Shown piece by piece: positions 21,672 through 30,541 of a stretch of 64,000 bases of DNA. The DNA is from Candidatus Aminicenantes bacterium. Its GTDB lineage: Bacteria; Acidobacteriota; Aminicenantia; Aminicenantales; JAFGBC01. Location: NCBI GenBank assembly GCA_963702005.1, contig OY969696.1, positions 2,496,001 to 2,560,000 on the forward strand. Reading direction: 5' to 3'. A program made the position numbers and the translations under genes. The notes beneath the pieces were generated by a model. It was not told the DNA's origin and did not search any database. It saw nothing but the letters and a program-made list of their open reading frames with translations. Numbering within the stretch: position 1 is the first letter of the stretch; each line of letters begins with the position of its first letter.

Positions 21672-21845
21672 CTATTCGTCTTCCTCCTTTTCCTTAAGCA
21701 GATAGTAAATCTCCCAGCTGACCTCGTCGGCAATGCAGCCCAGGCAGGATTTCTTGGTCGTGGCCAGCTCCTCGTCCTCGATTTTCTGCTTGATGATGGC
21801 CTTGACCTTCTTCCGGATCTTATAGAGCAGGATATAGTTGACCAT
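21672..21845 (-). CDS. Small protein (57 aa) with a CxxC motif, absent from the ORF track
   Basis: Manual translation MVNYILLYKIRKKVKAIIKQKIEDEELATTKKSCLGCIADEVSWEIYYLLKEKEEDE*; host-like G/C-ending codons; fills the intergenic gap; TTTACA-17-TATCAT upstream. Confidence 0.75.
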   Translation of the reverse strand: MVNYILLYKIRKKVKAIIKQKIEDEELATTKKSCLGCIADEVSWEIYYLLKEKEEDE

Positions 21846-21937
21846 GGCGATGCGTCAGGCATGATAACAGCTTGTCCGCCGGCTGTAAAGATTGAGGCGG
21901 CCTCCGAAACATGGTAAGATGAGGAACCCGGACCGAC

Positions 21938-23908
21938 ATGATGCCTTCAACCCGCTTTTTGATTGCGGCCCTTGTGGTCGTATTCCTTTGCCCATCCTGC
22001 GCCCTGTTCCGCCACGGGCCTAGACCTTATCCGAGCGGTCTCAGCTTCCCCTTGACCGTCGACGGCCAGGTTTCCTTCGAGGGCGAGATCACGGGCTTCA
22101 TTCAACGGACGCCGGCCGGCCTTGTCCTGTCCACGACAAAGGGGAACGTCCTGACCGTCGACGAGGCTCAGCGCAAGATCCTTTGGTCCTATAAGATTCC
22201 GGAACCCGTTGAAACGCCGCCGGTTGTGGGGACCGACGGGCTGACCGTCTGCGACAAGACGTCCGAGCTCTATCGCCTGTCCTTCAAGGGCGAGCTTATC
22301 TGGAAGGTCAAGCCCAAGGGACGGGTCACCACGAAGTTGCTCGAGGCGAACGGCGTCATCTATTTCGGGACTCCGGGAGGCGTCGCCGCCTTGAGCGCGG
22401 CCGACGGCCGCGAGCTCTGGCGCGCTCCGCTGAAATCGAAGCTGACGGCCGGACCCATGCTGACTCGAGGCCTGATTCTCGTCGGATGCGAGGATGGAAC
22501 CATTAAGGGTTTAACGGCGGAAGGCCGTCCGGCCTGGACATTCAAAGCGGCCGCGGTGGCCGCGGAGTTCATAGGCATGGACGAAGGCCGTCTCTTTTGC
22601 ACGGACCAGGACGGAGTCCTGCACGCCGTCGATCTCGACGAATTCAGGGACAGCTGGAAAGTCAAGACCAACGGGACGGCCCGGGGCGCGGCGCTCGTTG
22701 CGGGGAAGAGGCTCATGTTCCTGACCGCAAACAACGTCCTCTACTGTCTTGACAAGGGCTGCGGGAATATCCTCTGGTGGCAGGCCGTGCCGTCCCATCC
22801 CCGCTTCGACCCGGCCCTGGCCGGAGAGCGCGTCGTCGTGACGACCCAGTCCCAGGTCGTGGTCGCCTTCGACGTCAAGACGGGGATCAAAATCGGCGAG
22901 TACCTTCAAGACGCGGAATCCCGGTCCAATCCTCTCTGGGAGGAGCCGTTCCTCCTTTCCAGCGCCTACGACGACGAGAAGGAGGAGGGACGTCTCGTCT
23001 TCTTGAAAAAAGAGATCAAAACGGCCCTGACCGCCACCAAGCCGTCTCCCATCCATGAAGGGGATGATGTCACCTTCCAAGCCGCCGCTTTCGGGCTGTT
23101 CATGCCCAAGTTCGAATTCTCCCTCAAGACCGGCGACCATGTCGAAGTCGTTCAGGCCTCGTCCGATGAGGCCAATTGGACCTGGTACGATGCCAAGGCC
23201 GGGACCTACACGATCCTGGTCAAGGCCGTCGATGAAAAAGGATCGGCCGAGACGGAAATGACCTACGAAGTCGAGAAGCCGGCCGCGCCGCCCGCCGCAG
23301 GGCAGGCCGCGGCGCCGGAGGCTGCGGCGCCCAAGGAAGCCGAAACGAAAGGAGTCAAGACCATGACGCGGAACGAAGCCTTGGAACTCGTCAAAGCTAA
23401 TCTGCCCAACCAGAATTTAGTTAAACACTGCTTGGCCGTCGAAGCCTGCATGAAGGCGGTCGCCCAGCGGCTCGGCCAGGACCCGGAGCCGTGGGGGCTG
23501 GCCGGCCTCCTCCATGACTTGGACTACGAGAAAACCGCCAAAAGCCCGGACCTCCACACCACGGAGACGGTCAAGATGCTCGAGGGGCGCGGCCTCCCGC
23601 CGGCCGTCATCCACGCCATCCAGGCCCACGCCGGGAAAGTCCCCTGCGAATCGGCCATGGACTGGGCCATCTACTCGATCGACCCCCTGACGGGGCTGAT
23701 CATCGCCGCGACGCTCATGCATCCCTCCAAGAAGCTCGAGGCGATCGACCTCGAGTTCGTCAAGCGCCGCTACAAGGAAAAAAGTTTCGCCAAGGGCGCC
23801 AAGCGCGAGGAGATCGAGAAGTGCAAGAACGCCGGCATCGAGCTCGACGAGTTCATCTCGATCTGCATCAAAGCCATGCAGGGGATCGCCGCCGACCTGG
23901 GCTTATAA
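21938..23908 (+). CDS. Lipoprotein with a BamB/PQQ-like beta-propeller and an Ig-like domain, continuous in frame with an HD(IG)-domain hydrolase
   Basis: N-terminal hydrophobic segment plus Cys, GxxxW propeller repeats, Ala/Pro linker, then KHCLAVE...GLLHDLDYE; internal AAAGGAG RBS and ATG at 23363. Confidence 0.75.
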   Translation: MMPSTRFLIAALVVVFLCPSCALFRHGPRPYPSGLSFPLTVDGQVSFEGEITGFIQRTPAGLVLSTTKGNVLTVDEAQRKILWSYKIPEPVETPPVVGTDGLTVCDKTSELYRLSFKGELIWKVKPKGRVTTKLLEANGVIYFGTPGGVAALSAADGRELWRAPLKSKLTAGPMLTRGLILVGCEDGTIKGLTAEGRPAWTFKAAAVAAEFIGMDEGRLFCTDQDGVLHAVDLDEFRDSWKVKTNGTARGAALVAGKRLMFLTANNVLYCLDKGCGNILWWQAVPSHPRFDPALAGERVVVTTQSQVVVAFDVKTGIKIGEYLQDAESRSNPLWEEPFLLSSAYDDEKEEGRLVFLKKEIKTALTATKPSPIHEGDDVTFQAAAFGLFMPKFEFSLKTGDHVEVVQASSDEANWTWYDAKAGTYTILVKAVDEKGSAETEMTYEVEKPAAPPAAGQAAAPEAAAPKEAETKGVKTMTRNEALELVKANLPNQNLVKHCLAVEACMKAVAQRLGQDPEPWGLAGLLHDLDYEKTAKSPDLHTTETVKMLEGRGLPPAVIHAIQAHAGKVPCESAMDWAIYSIDPLTGLIIAATLMHPSKKLEAIDLEFVKRRYKEKSFAKGAKREEIEKCKNAGIELDEFISICIKAMQGIAADLGL

Positions 23909-23994
23909 GCCTTTTTGACCTGATTTTGCGGAAATCCTTTTCTGTGGTCAATCGACCCACCCGAGCTAGCTGACGCAACGTGCGAGGAGGCGCG

Positions 23995-25404
23995 ATGAAC
24001 GACCGGCCGGCATACGACATGAGGTTCATCTGGCTGACGACCTTAGTCTCGGCCATGGGAGGCCTGCTTTTCGGCTACGACTGGGTGGTCATCGGCGGCG
24101 CCAAGCCCTTCTACGAAAAATTCTTCAACCTGACGACACCCTCCCAAATCGGCTGGGCCATGAGCAGCGCCCTGGTCGGCTGCCTTGTCGGCTCGCTGGT
24201 CTCGGGCGGGCTCAGCGACCGCTACGGCCGGAAGAAGCTCCTGATCCTGTCCGCCATCCTGTTCACGGGGACCGGAATCCTGACCGCCCTGGCTCCGAAT
24301 TTCGCGTTTTTCATCGCTAACCGGCTCCTGGGCGGCGTCGCTATCGGCCTGGCCTCGAACCTCTCGCCTATGTACATCGCCGAGATCTCGCCAGCCGAAG
24401 TCCGGGGCAAATTCGTCTCGGTCAATCAGCTGACGATCGTCATCGGCATCCTGGCCGCCCAGCTGGTCAACTGGCTGATCGCCAGGCCGGTCCTTGCCGG
24501 CGCCTCAGCGGCCGATATCCTGAATTCCTGGAACGGCCAGGTCGGCTGGCGCTGGATGTTCGGGGCCGAAGCCGTGCCCGCGTTCCTGTTCTTCCTGTTG
24601 ATGTTCACGGTCCCGGAGAGTCCGCGCTGGCTGGTCAAGAACGGCAGGGGCGGCGACGCCGAGAAGATTCTGGCCCGGGTTGGCGGCGCCGGGTTCGCCG
24701 GCCGGGCCATGGTCGAGATCAAAGAGACACTGGCCGCGGCCGATATCCACAAGGTCCGCTTCCGCGCCCTCTTCGAACCGGGACTGTCCAAGGTCCTTCT
24801 GATCGGGATCGTCCTGGCCGTCTACCAGCAGTGGTGCGGCATCAACGTCATTTTCTACTACGCCGAGGAGATCTTCACGGCCGCCGGCTATGGCGTGAGC
24901 GACGTCCTGTTCAACATCGTCATCACCGGCACCGTGAACCTGATCTTCACCCTGATCGCCATCCGGCTCGTGGACAGGCTGGGCCGCAAGCCCTTGATGA
25001 TGGCCGGCTCGGCCGGCCTGGCCGTGGCCTTTGGGCTGGTGGGCGCGAGCTACGCCGCCCACAGCCGGGGCATTCATCTACTCGTCCTGGTCGTCCTATC
25101 CATGGCGCTCTATGCGCTGTCGCTGGCTCCCGTCACCTGGGTCCTTCTCTCGGAAATCTTTCCGAACCGAATCCGGGGCGCGGCCATGTCCGTGTCGACC
25201 TTCTCCCTCTGGTTGGCCTGTTTCATCCTGACCTACACCTTCCCGCACCTCAACCGGGGGCTGGGATCGGCCGGGACATTCTGGATCTACGCCGGGATCA
25301 GCGTCCTGGGGTTCCTATTTATCCGGACGCGCCTGACCGAAACCAAGGGGAAGACGCTCGAGCAGATCGAGCGCGAGCTGGTTCGTCTTCGGCCGGCGAG
25401 CTGA
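23995..25404 (+). CDS. Sugar porter family MFS transporter (XylE/AraE-like)
   Basis: GGLLFGYD, DRYGRK, YIAEISP..RG, PESPRWL, QQWCGINVIFYY, ETKGKTLE. Confidence 0.95.
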   Translation: MNDRPAYDMRFIWLTTLVSAMGGLLFGYDWVVIGGAKPFYEKFFNLTTPSQIGWAMSSALVGCLVGSLVSGGLSDRYGRKKLLILSAILFTGTGILTALAPNFAFFIANRLLGGVAIGLASNLSPMYIAEISPAEVRGKFVSVNQLTIVIGILAAQLVNWLIARPVLAGASAADILNSWNGQVGWRWMFGAEAVPAFLFFLLMFTVPESPRWLVKNGRGGDAEKILARVGGAGFAGRAMVEIKETLAAADIHKVRFRALFEPGLSKVLLIGIVLAVYQQWCGINVIFYYAEEIFTAAGYGVSDVLFNIVITGTVNLIFTLIAIRLVDRLGRKPLMMAGSAGLAVAFGLVGASYAAHSRGIHLLVLVVLSMALYALSLAPVTWVLLSEIFPNRIRGAAMSVSTFSLWLACFILTYTFPHLNRGLGSAGTFWIYAGISVLGFLFIRTRLTETKGKTLEQIERELVRLRPAS

Positions 25405-25690
25405 AGACCGCTTGCCTTTCTAAAAGCCTCCGAACCGCACTCTCAGCCCGACTCTCACGGAAAATCCGGAAAGGTCGATGACCGCCTTGCGGACATTCTG
25501 GTAAATCCCTGCCGGAGGCTCGTTCGCATCTATAACAAAACCGGGAAATTGCCCTCATTCCGTGTACCACAGAGAGGCATCCTCGACCGTTGTGTCGTCG
25601 GAAACAAAATCGCCCCGGAAATCGGTTGGCATTTCGGCCAACTTGGGAATAGAATACACCAGGCCGGATACAGAATCAAAGGAGGCTAGG

Positions 25691-26725
25691 ATGTCGGATA
25701 TGGCCAGTCATGGGCGGCGAACCGGGTTGGCGTTTCTCCTGACGACGGGCATCGTTTTATCTGCAGTTCCCTCGGTCGCCTCTCTCACCACGGAGCCTTC
25801 CCAACAAGTGAAGCGGCTGGGCCGCGGAGTGAACATCCTCGGATATGATCCGATCTGGGACAAGTTCGGGGACGGCCGCTTCAAGGAAAAGCATTTCAAG
25901 CTGATCCGCGAAGCCGGATTCCGGAGCGCGCGCATCAACCTGCACGCCCTTCAGCGAATGGATGCCGGCGCCGGCTATAAGCTCGATGAAGCCTGGCTGG
26001 GCACGCTGGATTGGGCCGTCAAGAAGGCCCTGGCAAATGACCTTATGGTCATCCTCGACCTTCACAACTATAACGACGTCGCCGAGGACCCGGCCGTCTT
26101 CAAGCCCCGCGTCCTGGCTTTCTGGAGGCTGATCGCCGGCCGCTTCAAGGACGCTCCGGACAGCGTGTTGTTCGAGATCCTCAATGAGCCTAACGGCCGG
26201 TTGACCTCCGAGCTTTGGAATGAGTGGATTCCCGAAGTGCTGGCGATCATCCGCGCTGCCAATCCGGAGCGAACGGTCGTAATCGGCCCTCCCTCATGGA
26301 ACGGCATCGACCGCCTGGACGATTTGAAGCTGCCGGAGTCGGACCGCAACATCATCGTGACCGTCCACTACTACGAGCCGATGCGGTTCACTCACCAGGG
26401 CGCGCCCTGGTCGCCCGAGAACGTTCGTTTTTCTGACGTCGGTTGGGGCAGCGAGCTCGATAAAAAGCGGGTGGAGGAAGACTTCGGCCGCGCCCGGAAA
26501 TGGGCGACTTTACACCGCCGGCCTGTATTTCTGGGCGAATTCGGTGCCTATGATAAGGGTCCGCTGGAATCAAGGGCCCGATATACGGCCTTCGTCGCCC
26601 GCAGCGCCGAATCCTTGGGCTGGGCTTGGGCCTACTGGCAGTTCGATTCGGATTTTATCGTCTACGATATCGACAAAGATCGCTGGGTGACCCCGATTCT
26701 AAAGGCCCTTATTCCCGATGAATAA
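25691..26725 (+). CDS. Glycoside hydrolase family 5 (endoglucanase-like), secreted
   Basis: GRGVN, ILDLH, FEILNEP (acid/base), VHYYEP, LGEFG (nucleophile); GGAGG RBS. Confidence 0.92.
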   Translation: MSDMASHGRRTGLAFLLTTGIVLSAVPSVASLTTEPSQQVKRLGRGVNILGYDPIWDKFGDGRFKEKHFKLIREAGFRSARINLHALQRMDAGAGYKLDEAWLGTLDWAVKKALANDLMVILDLHNYNDVAEDPAVFKPRVLAFWRLIAGRFKDAPDSVLFEILNEPNGRLTSELWNEWIPEVLAIIRAANPERTVVIGPPSWNGIDRLDDLKLPESDRNIIVTVHYYEPMRFTHQGAPWSPENVRFSDVGWGSELDKKRVEEDFGRARKWATLHRRPVFLGEFGAYDKGPLESRARYTAFVARSAESLGWAWAYWQFDSDFIVYDIDKDRWVTPILKALIPDE

Positions 26726-29700
26726 AGCGGCCTGTGATAGAATCACCGGCTCCGCGTTAGGCGCCGCCTGATAGATCACATAGCTTCCCCGTTCGTCCCT
26801 GACGGCCGGGAGGAGCTCGGAACGGCGTCCTTGCCTGACCTCCACCGTCGACCAATCTTCGGGCAGGTAGGTCTTTAAGGTGAGCGGAAGATCATATCTC
26901 GGATTGTTCAGGTCATGGCCCAGCACGATTTCGATTGCTTCTCCTCGTCGAGAGGAAGCCACTCGTCCGTGCATGCGCTCCCGCATGTACTTCGCGGCGT
27001 CCTGAAAGGTCGCCGTCCAGACTTGATTTGCTTTGGACTTGATATAGCCGAAATAATCCTTGAGCTCGGCGCCCGTCTTCGGTTCCCAGCCGATGCCGTC
27101 GACTCCGTGGAAAACCAAGACCAGCCACATATTGTCGTGCGCGGCGACCGTGTCGACCCACTCTTTCATCAGCGGCATCGGGGTCTTCGTCAAGACCCCC
27201 CGCTGCCACTGCACGTACTCTTTGGCGGAATCGGCGGGATTCTTGTCGCTGTCCCGGTCGAGTTCCTCCAGGAACGGCTCGGGCATGCGATTGCGCGAGG
27301 CCGGGTATCGCGCCAGGGCGAAGCCCACGACGCGTTCGTCCTCGGTGCCGTAGGGGCACTCGACCGTGAAGGTGTGCTTGGCGCCGAGGTGGTCAAGGAT
27401 TTCCTCGCGGCTTTTCTCAAGCTCGTAGACGAGGTTGGCGTCGTCCAGGACGGCCAGCCGGGGATGAGTGACCGTATGACTGGAAATCTCATGGCCTTGG
27501 GCGGCTAATGCGGCCAGCTCATCCCATGTCGGCATCTCACGCCCTTCCCGGGAGCCGGGCTGCGATGCTTCCGGTTTGAAGTCGCCGTGGCGGACCTTTG
27601 CGTAGGCTTCGTCGATGAGCCGGTAAGCCTCTTCCGGGCGGCCGTCCTCGTAGAGTTCGCCGGCGCGCGTATGGTATTCGAGAGTTCCGCTCAAGCCGAG
27701 GCGGCCGATCGCCGAAGCGCGCTCAAAAAAATTTTCCTTGTCGGTCGGAACCGCGGCCGTCTCCAAGACGACGGCCCGGGTCGGGCGTCCGATAAAGGCC
27801 CCCTGGTAGCGTGAGCCGGCCACTTCGCTCGTGATGATGTGGAAGGTAGCGGGCAGGCCCAGACCTCTCATGATGGGCACGGCGACGCGGAATTGATTGA
27901 TGCTGCCGTCATCGAAAGTCAGCGAGACCGCCGCGTTACTGCCATTTTGCCATTTGGCGATCTCCGTCCGTCCGGGTTTTTCCCGGCCGGGGGAGCCGGA
28001 TTTCCCGTTGAGCAATTCATCCGCGGCCAGGACCGTGAAGATGTAGCTTGCCGCGCCGCCGATGACGTTCTCGGCCTGCTGCCAGAGGAAGGGGAAATCA
28101 TCCTTGAGTTCCGGAAAATCCGGCCTGATCAGGGCTGTCCCCGAGACGTTCATCCCCGGGATATAAGACCAGTCCGCCCGGTTGAAGCCGTAGCCGATCG
28201 TCAGCGACCTTGCTCCGACGCCCGACACAAAAGAGACGTTGGAGCCGGGGTGGCAGCCAAGGACATAATTGAGGACCCGGAAAATCGTCTCGGGCCGGAA
28301 GAGTACGGGGAAGGCCTTGATGAGGAAATACTGGCCGATCGCGAAATCCTGAATGTCCCAGCCGATGCCCCAGATCTCCGGCCGCCAGAGAACGCCGAAG
28401 GGGTTGGAGGCGAGTTCGCGCTCGGTTTCCTCGGCGTAGCGAGCCGCGGCCCGGCCGACCGCGTCATGAAACGGCTGGTCTTTTATCAGCGGGAGAACCC
28501 GGCTGACGGTCCAACCGACCTCGTCGAAATTTTTTTCGATAACGGGCAGAAGCGCGGCGAGCCTGTCCCCGAACCTAGCCTGCTTCGTCGCTATCAGGAG
28601 CTCGACGGCGGCCAGGACCTCCTGGACTTCCGGCCGTCCGGGCACATAAGCGGCGTGGCCGACGACGGGCGTCCGGCTCTGTTCCCTGCCCCAGACCATA
28701 AGGGCCGTCTCCAGGCACTCGCGAGCCAGCTTTTCGTTCGTGCCCTTAAGCACGCGGCCGGCTGCGGCAAGGGCCGAGGCTACTTTGTACTCAAGGGAGG
28801 TGTCGGGATCGGTGAACGCCCAGCGATCATCCCTCAAATCCGAGCGTCCTTCCGCGGTTTCGTCGGGCTTGAGCGCCGGGTCGAAGATGCGGTTGTCGGT
28901 CATCGACGCCGTGTCGCCGAGCAGGGAGTACTGGACGATCGACCCTTCGATGATCCCGCAGAAGCTGTGGCCGGCGGCCCGGTAGCCGGAGAGGAGGCTC
29001 TCGGCGCCGTGTTCCACCTGCTGAACGACGTCCGGAATCCCATCCGGATCGTGGAGTACGACAAGCCTTCCGGCTTGATTGACCGTCGTCTGGTCGGTTG
29101 CCAGGCCGAACGTTTCCCTGATGAGTGCCAGAACCAAGGTCACGTCGGCTTGGGAGCCGGCGGCCAGGTCGTAGTCCCCGGCGTCGTGCCATCCTCCCCG
29201 GTCGAGATGGGGGATGTGCTCGAAAGCGGCGAATCGATCTTTGAGGACCGGGCCCTGTTGGTAGCTGTCGAAATGGACGGTCGAGGGCGGAGCCTGGACG
29301 GCGTCGTCGAGGTGGCAGGCCCCGTGCCAGATCCGGAGAACGTCCCGGACCTCAACGTGACACATCTGGACGGGAAGGTACGTCTCGAGGGTCGGCTGCC
29401 AGACGACACCGCGATACACATCGCGGCCGATTGCGAACGGCGGCGTTTCGACCGACCCGTACTTGACGATGTACATCCCGGGCTCGCGGACTTGGCTGAA
29501 ATCGAAGAAAGCGTAGTCATAGCGGAGGAACTTTCCAGTCCAAGGGATCGCCAAGGCGGTCAAGACTTCGCGCAATCCTCCGTCCCAATTGACCTGAAAG
29601 AGCGAGGCTTTGCCAGGGAGGCCCGAACGGCGGTCGAGCTCGATCACGGCCCGCTTGACCTGGTCGGGATGATAGCCGACCTGGGAGACGGCGATGACCG

Positions 29701-30490
29701 GCTCCCGCATCCATGCTGGGACCCGGTGCGGGGCGATGATCCATTCCGCCGCTCCCTTAGCCCGGCCGGGCTTCAAGGCCGAGCGGACGACGAACCAACC
29801 GTTGTCGGACGTATCGCGGCCGTCGTAGAGCTCCAGATCGCCGGTCAGGGATTCGATGGTCATCATCCTCAGCGGATCTTCCGGAGCGATGATAAGCTTG
29901 GGTCCTGCGGCTATGGCGACGGGCTGTAGCAAACCGAATTCTCCGGAGATCATCGGACCGTTTCCCTGCCGCGGGAAAACGGCGGATTTCGTCCCCAGAT
30001 GATAGGTTTTGCCGAAGTAGGCCGAGGGAAAAAGCTCTATATTGAAACTGGCCTTCCCGATGAGCCCGGCCGGCAGGGGCTGGTCAAGGTCCACCGAGAC
30101 GCGGACGGCCTCGCCTTCGGGCTTGACCCGGACTGTATAGCGCAATTCAGGCTTGGCGAAGGAGGCCGGGACCTTGATCTCGAGGCTGGACCGGTCGACT
30201 TGACGCCGGCCGATCATCGGAAGGTCGGCCCATTGTCCCGGCGTGACCTCGAGACGGACGTCGCCGTCGGCCGCGACCCTTTCCCCGTGCTGGATGATTT
30301 CGAGGCCGCCCTGTTTGCCCTCCGGATAATAGTCGTGGAAGACGAGGACCGAGATCGCCGGCGAATCGAAATATTCCTCGGGCGTGACGGTCCAGATCGA
30401 ATCGGGCGGCTGGACGGCATTCCCGTTCAACAAGCCCAGGCCGGCCAGAATCGCGATCGCGACAAGAATGAGAGCCCCGCGTTTCATCAT
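26699..30490 (-). CDS. Glycoside hydrolase family 9 protein with a C-terminal polysaccharide deacetylase (NodB/CE4-like) domain
   Basis: Signal peptide; SQVGYHP Ig-like domain, GGWHDAGD; then SLTFDDG, HEISSHTVTH, PYG, LVFHG. Confidence 0.85.
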   Translation of the reverse strand: MMKRGALILVAIAILAGLGLLNGNAVQPPDSIWTVTPEEYFDSPAISVLVFHDYYPEGKQGGLEIIQHGERVAADGDVRLEVTPGQWADLPMIGRRQVDRSSLEIKVPASFAKPELRYTVRVKPEGEAVRVSVDLDQPLPAGLIGKASFNIELFPSAYFGKTYHLGTKSAVFPRQGNGPMISGEFGLLQPVAIAAGPKLIIAPEDPLRMMTIESLTGDLELYDGRDTSDNGWFVVRSALKPGRAKGAAEWIIAPHRVPAWMREPVIAVSQVGYHPDQVKRAVIELDRRSGLPGKASLFQVNWDGGLREVLTALAIPWTGKFLRYDYAFFDFSQVREPGMYIVKYGSVETPPFAIGRDVYRGVVWQPTLETYLPVQMCHVEVRDVLRIWHGACHLDDAVQAPPSTVHFDSYQQGPVLKDRFAAFEHIPHLDRGGWHDAGDYDLAAGSQADVTLVLALIRETFGLATDQTTVNQAGRLVVLHDPDGIPDVVQQVEHGAESLLSGYRAAGHSFCGIIEGSIVQYSLLGDTASMTDNRIFDPALKPDETAEGRSDLRDDRWAFTDPDTSLEYKVASALAAAGRVLKGTNEKLARECLETALMVWGREQSRTPVVGHAAYVPGRPEVQEVLAAVELLIATKQARFGDRLAALLPVIEKNFDEVGWTVSRVLPLIKDQPFHDAVGRAAARYAEETERELASNPFGVLWRPEIWGIGWDIQDFAIGQYFLIKAFPVLFRPETIFRVLNYVLGCHPGSNVSFVSGVGARSLTIGYGFNRADWSYIPGMNVSGTALIRPDFPELKDDFPFLWQQAENVIGGAASYIFTVLAADELLNGKSGSPGREKPGRTEIAKWQNGSNAAVSLTFDDGSINQFRVAVPIMRGLGLPATFHIITSEVAGSRYQGAFIGRPTRAVVLETAAVPTDKENFFERASAIGRLGLSGTLEYHTRAGELYEDGRPEEAYRLIDEAYAKVRHGDFKPEASQPGSREGREMPTWDELAALAAQGHEISSHTVTHPRLAVLDDANLVYELEKSREEILDHLGAKHTFTVECPYGTEDERVVGFALARYPASRNRMPEPFLEELDRDSDKNPADSAKEYVQWQRGVLTKTPMPLMKEWVDTVAAHDNMWLVLVFHGVDGIGWEPKTGAELKDYFGYIKSKANQVWTATFQDAAKYMRERMHGRVASSRRGEAIEIVLGHDLNNPRYDLPLTLKTYLPEDWSTVEVRQGRRSELLPAVRDERGSYVIYQAAPNAEPVILSQAALFIGNKGL

Positions 30491-30541
30491 CTCGTTTCCT
30501 TCCGTCCAAAGGATATCGAGATGATGATAGCAGAAAACGCT

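Noticed and set aside
27839-29929. 696-aa plus-strand ORF, and similar long shadows at 2699-4501, 36315-38060 and 43983-45551
   Set aside because: Antisense shadows of GH9, tricorn, aor and guaB.
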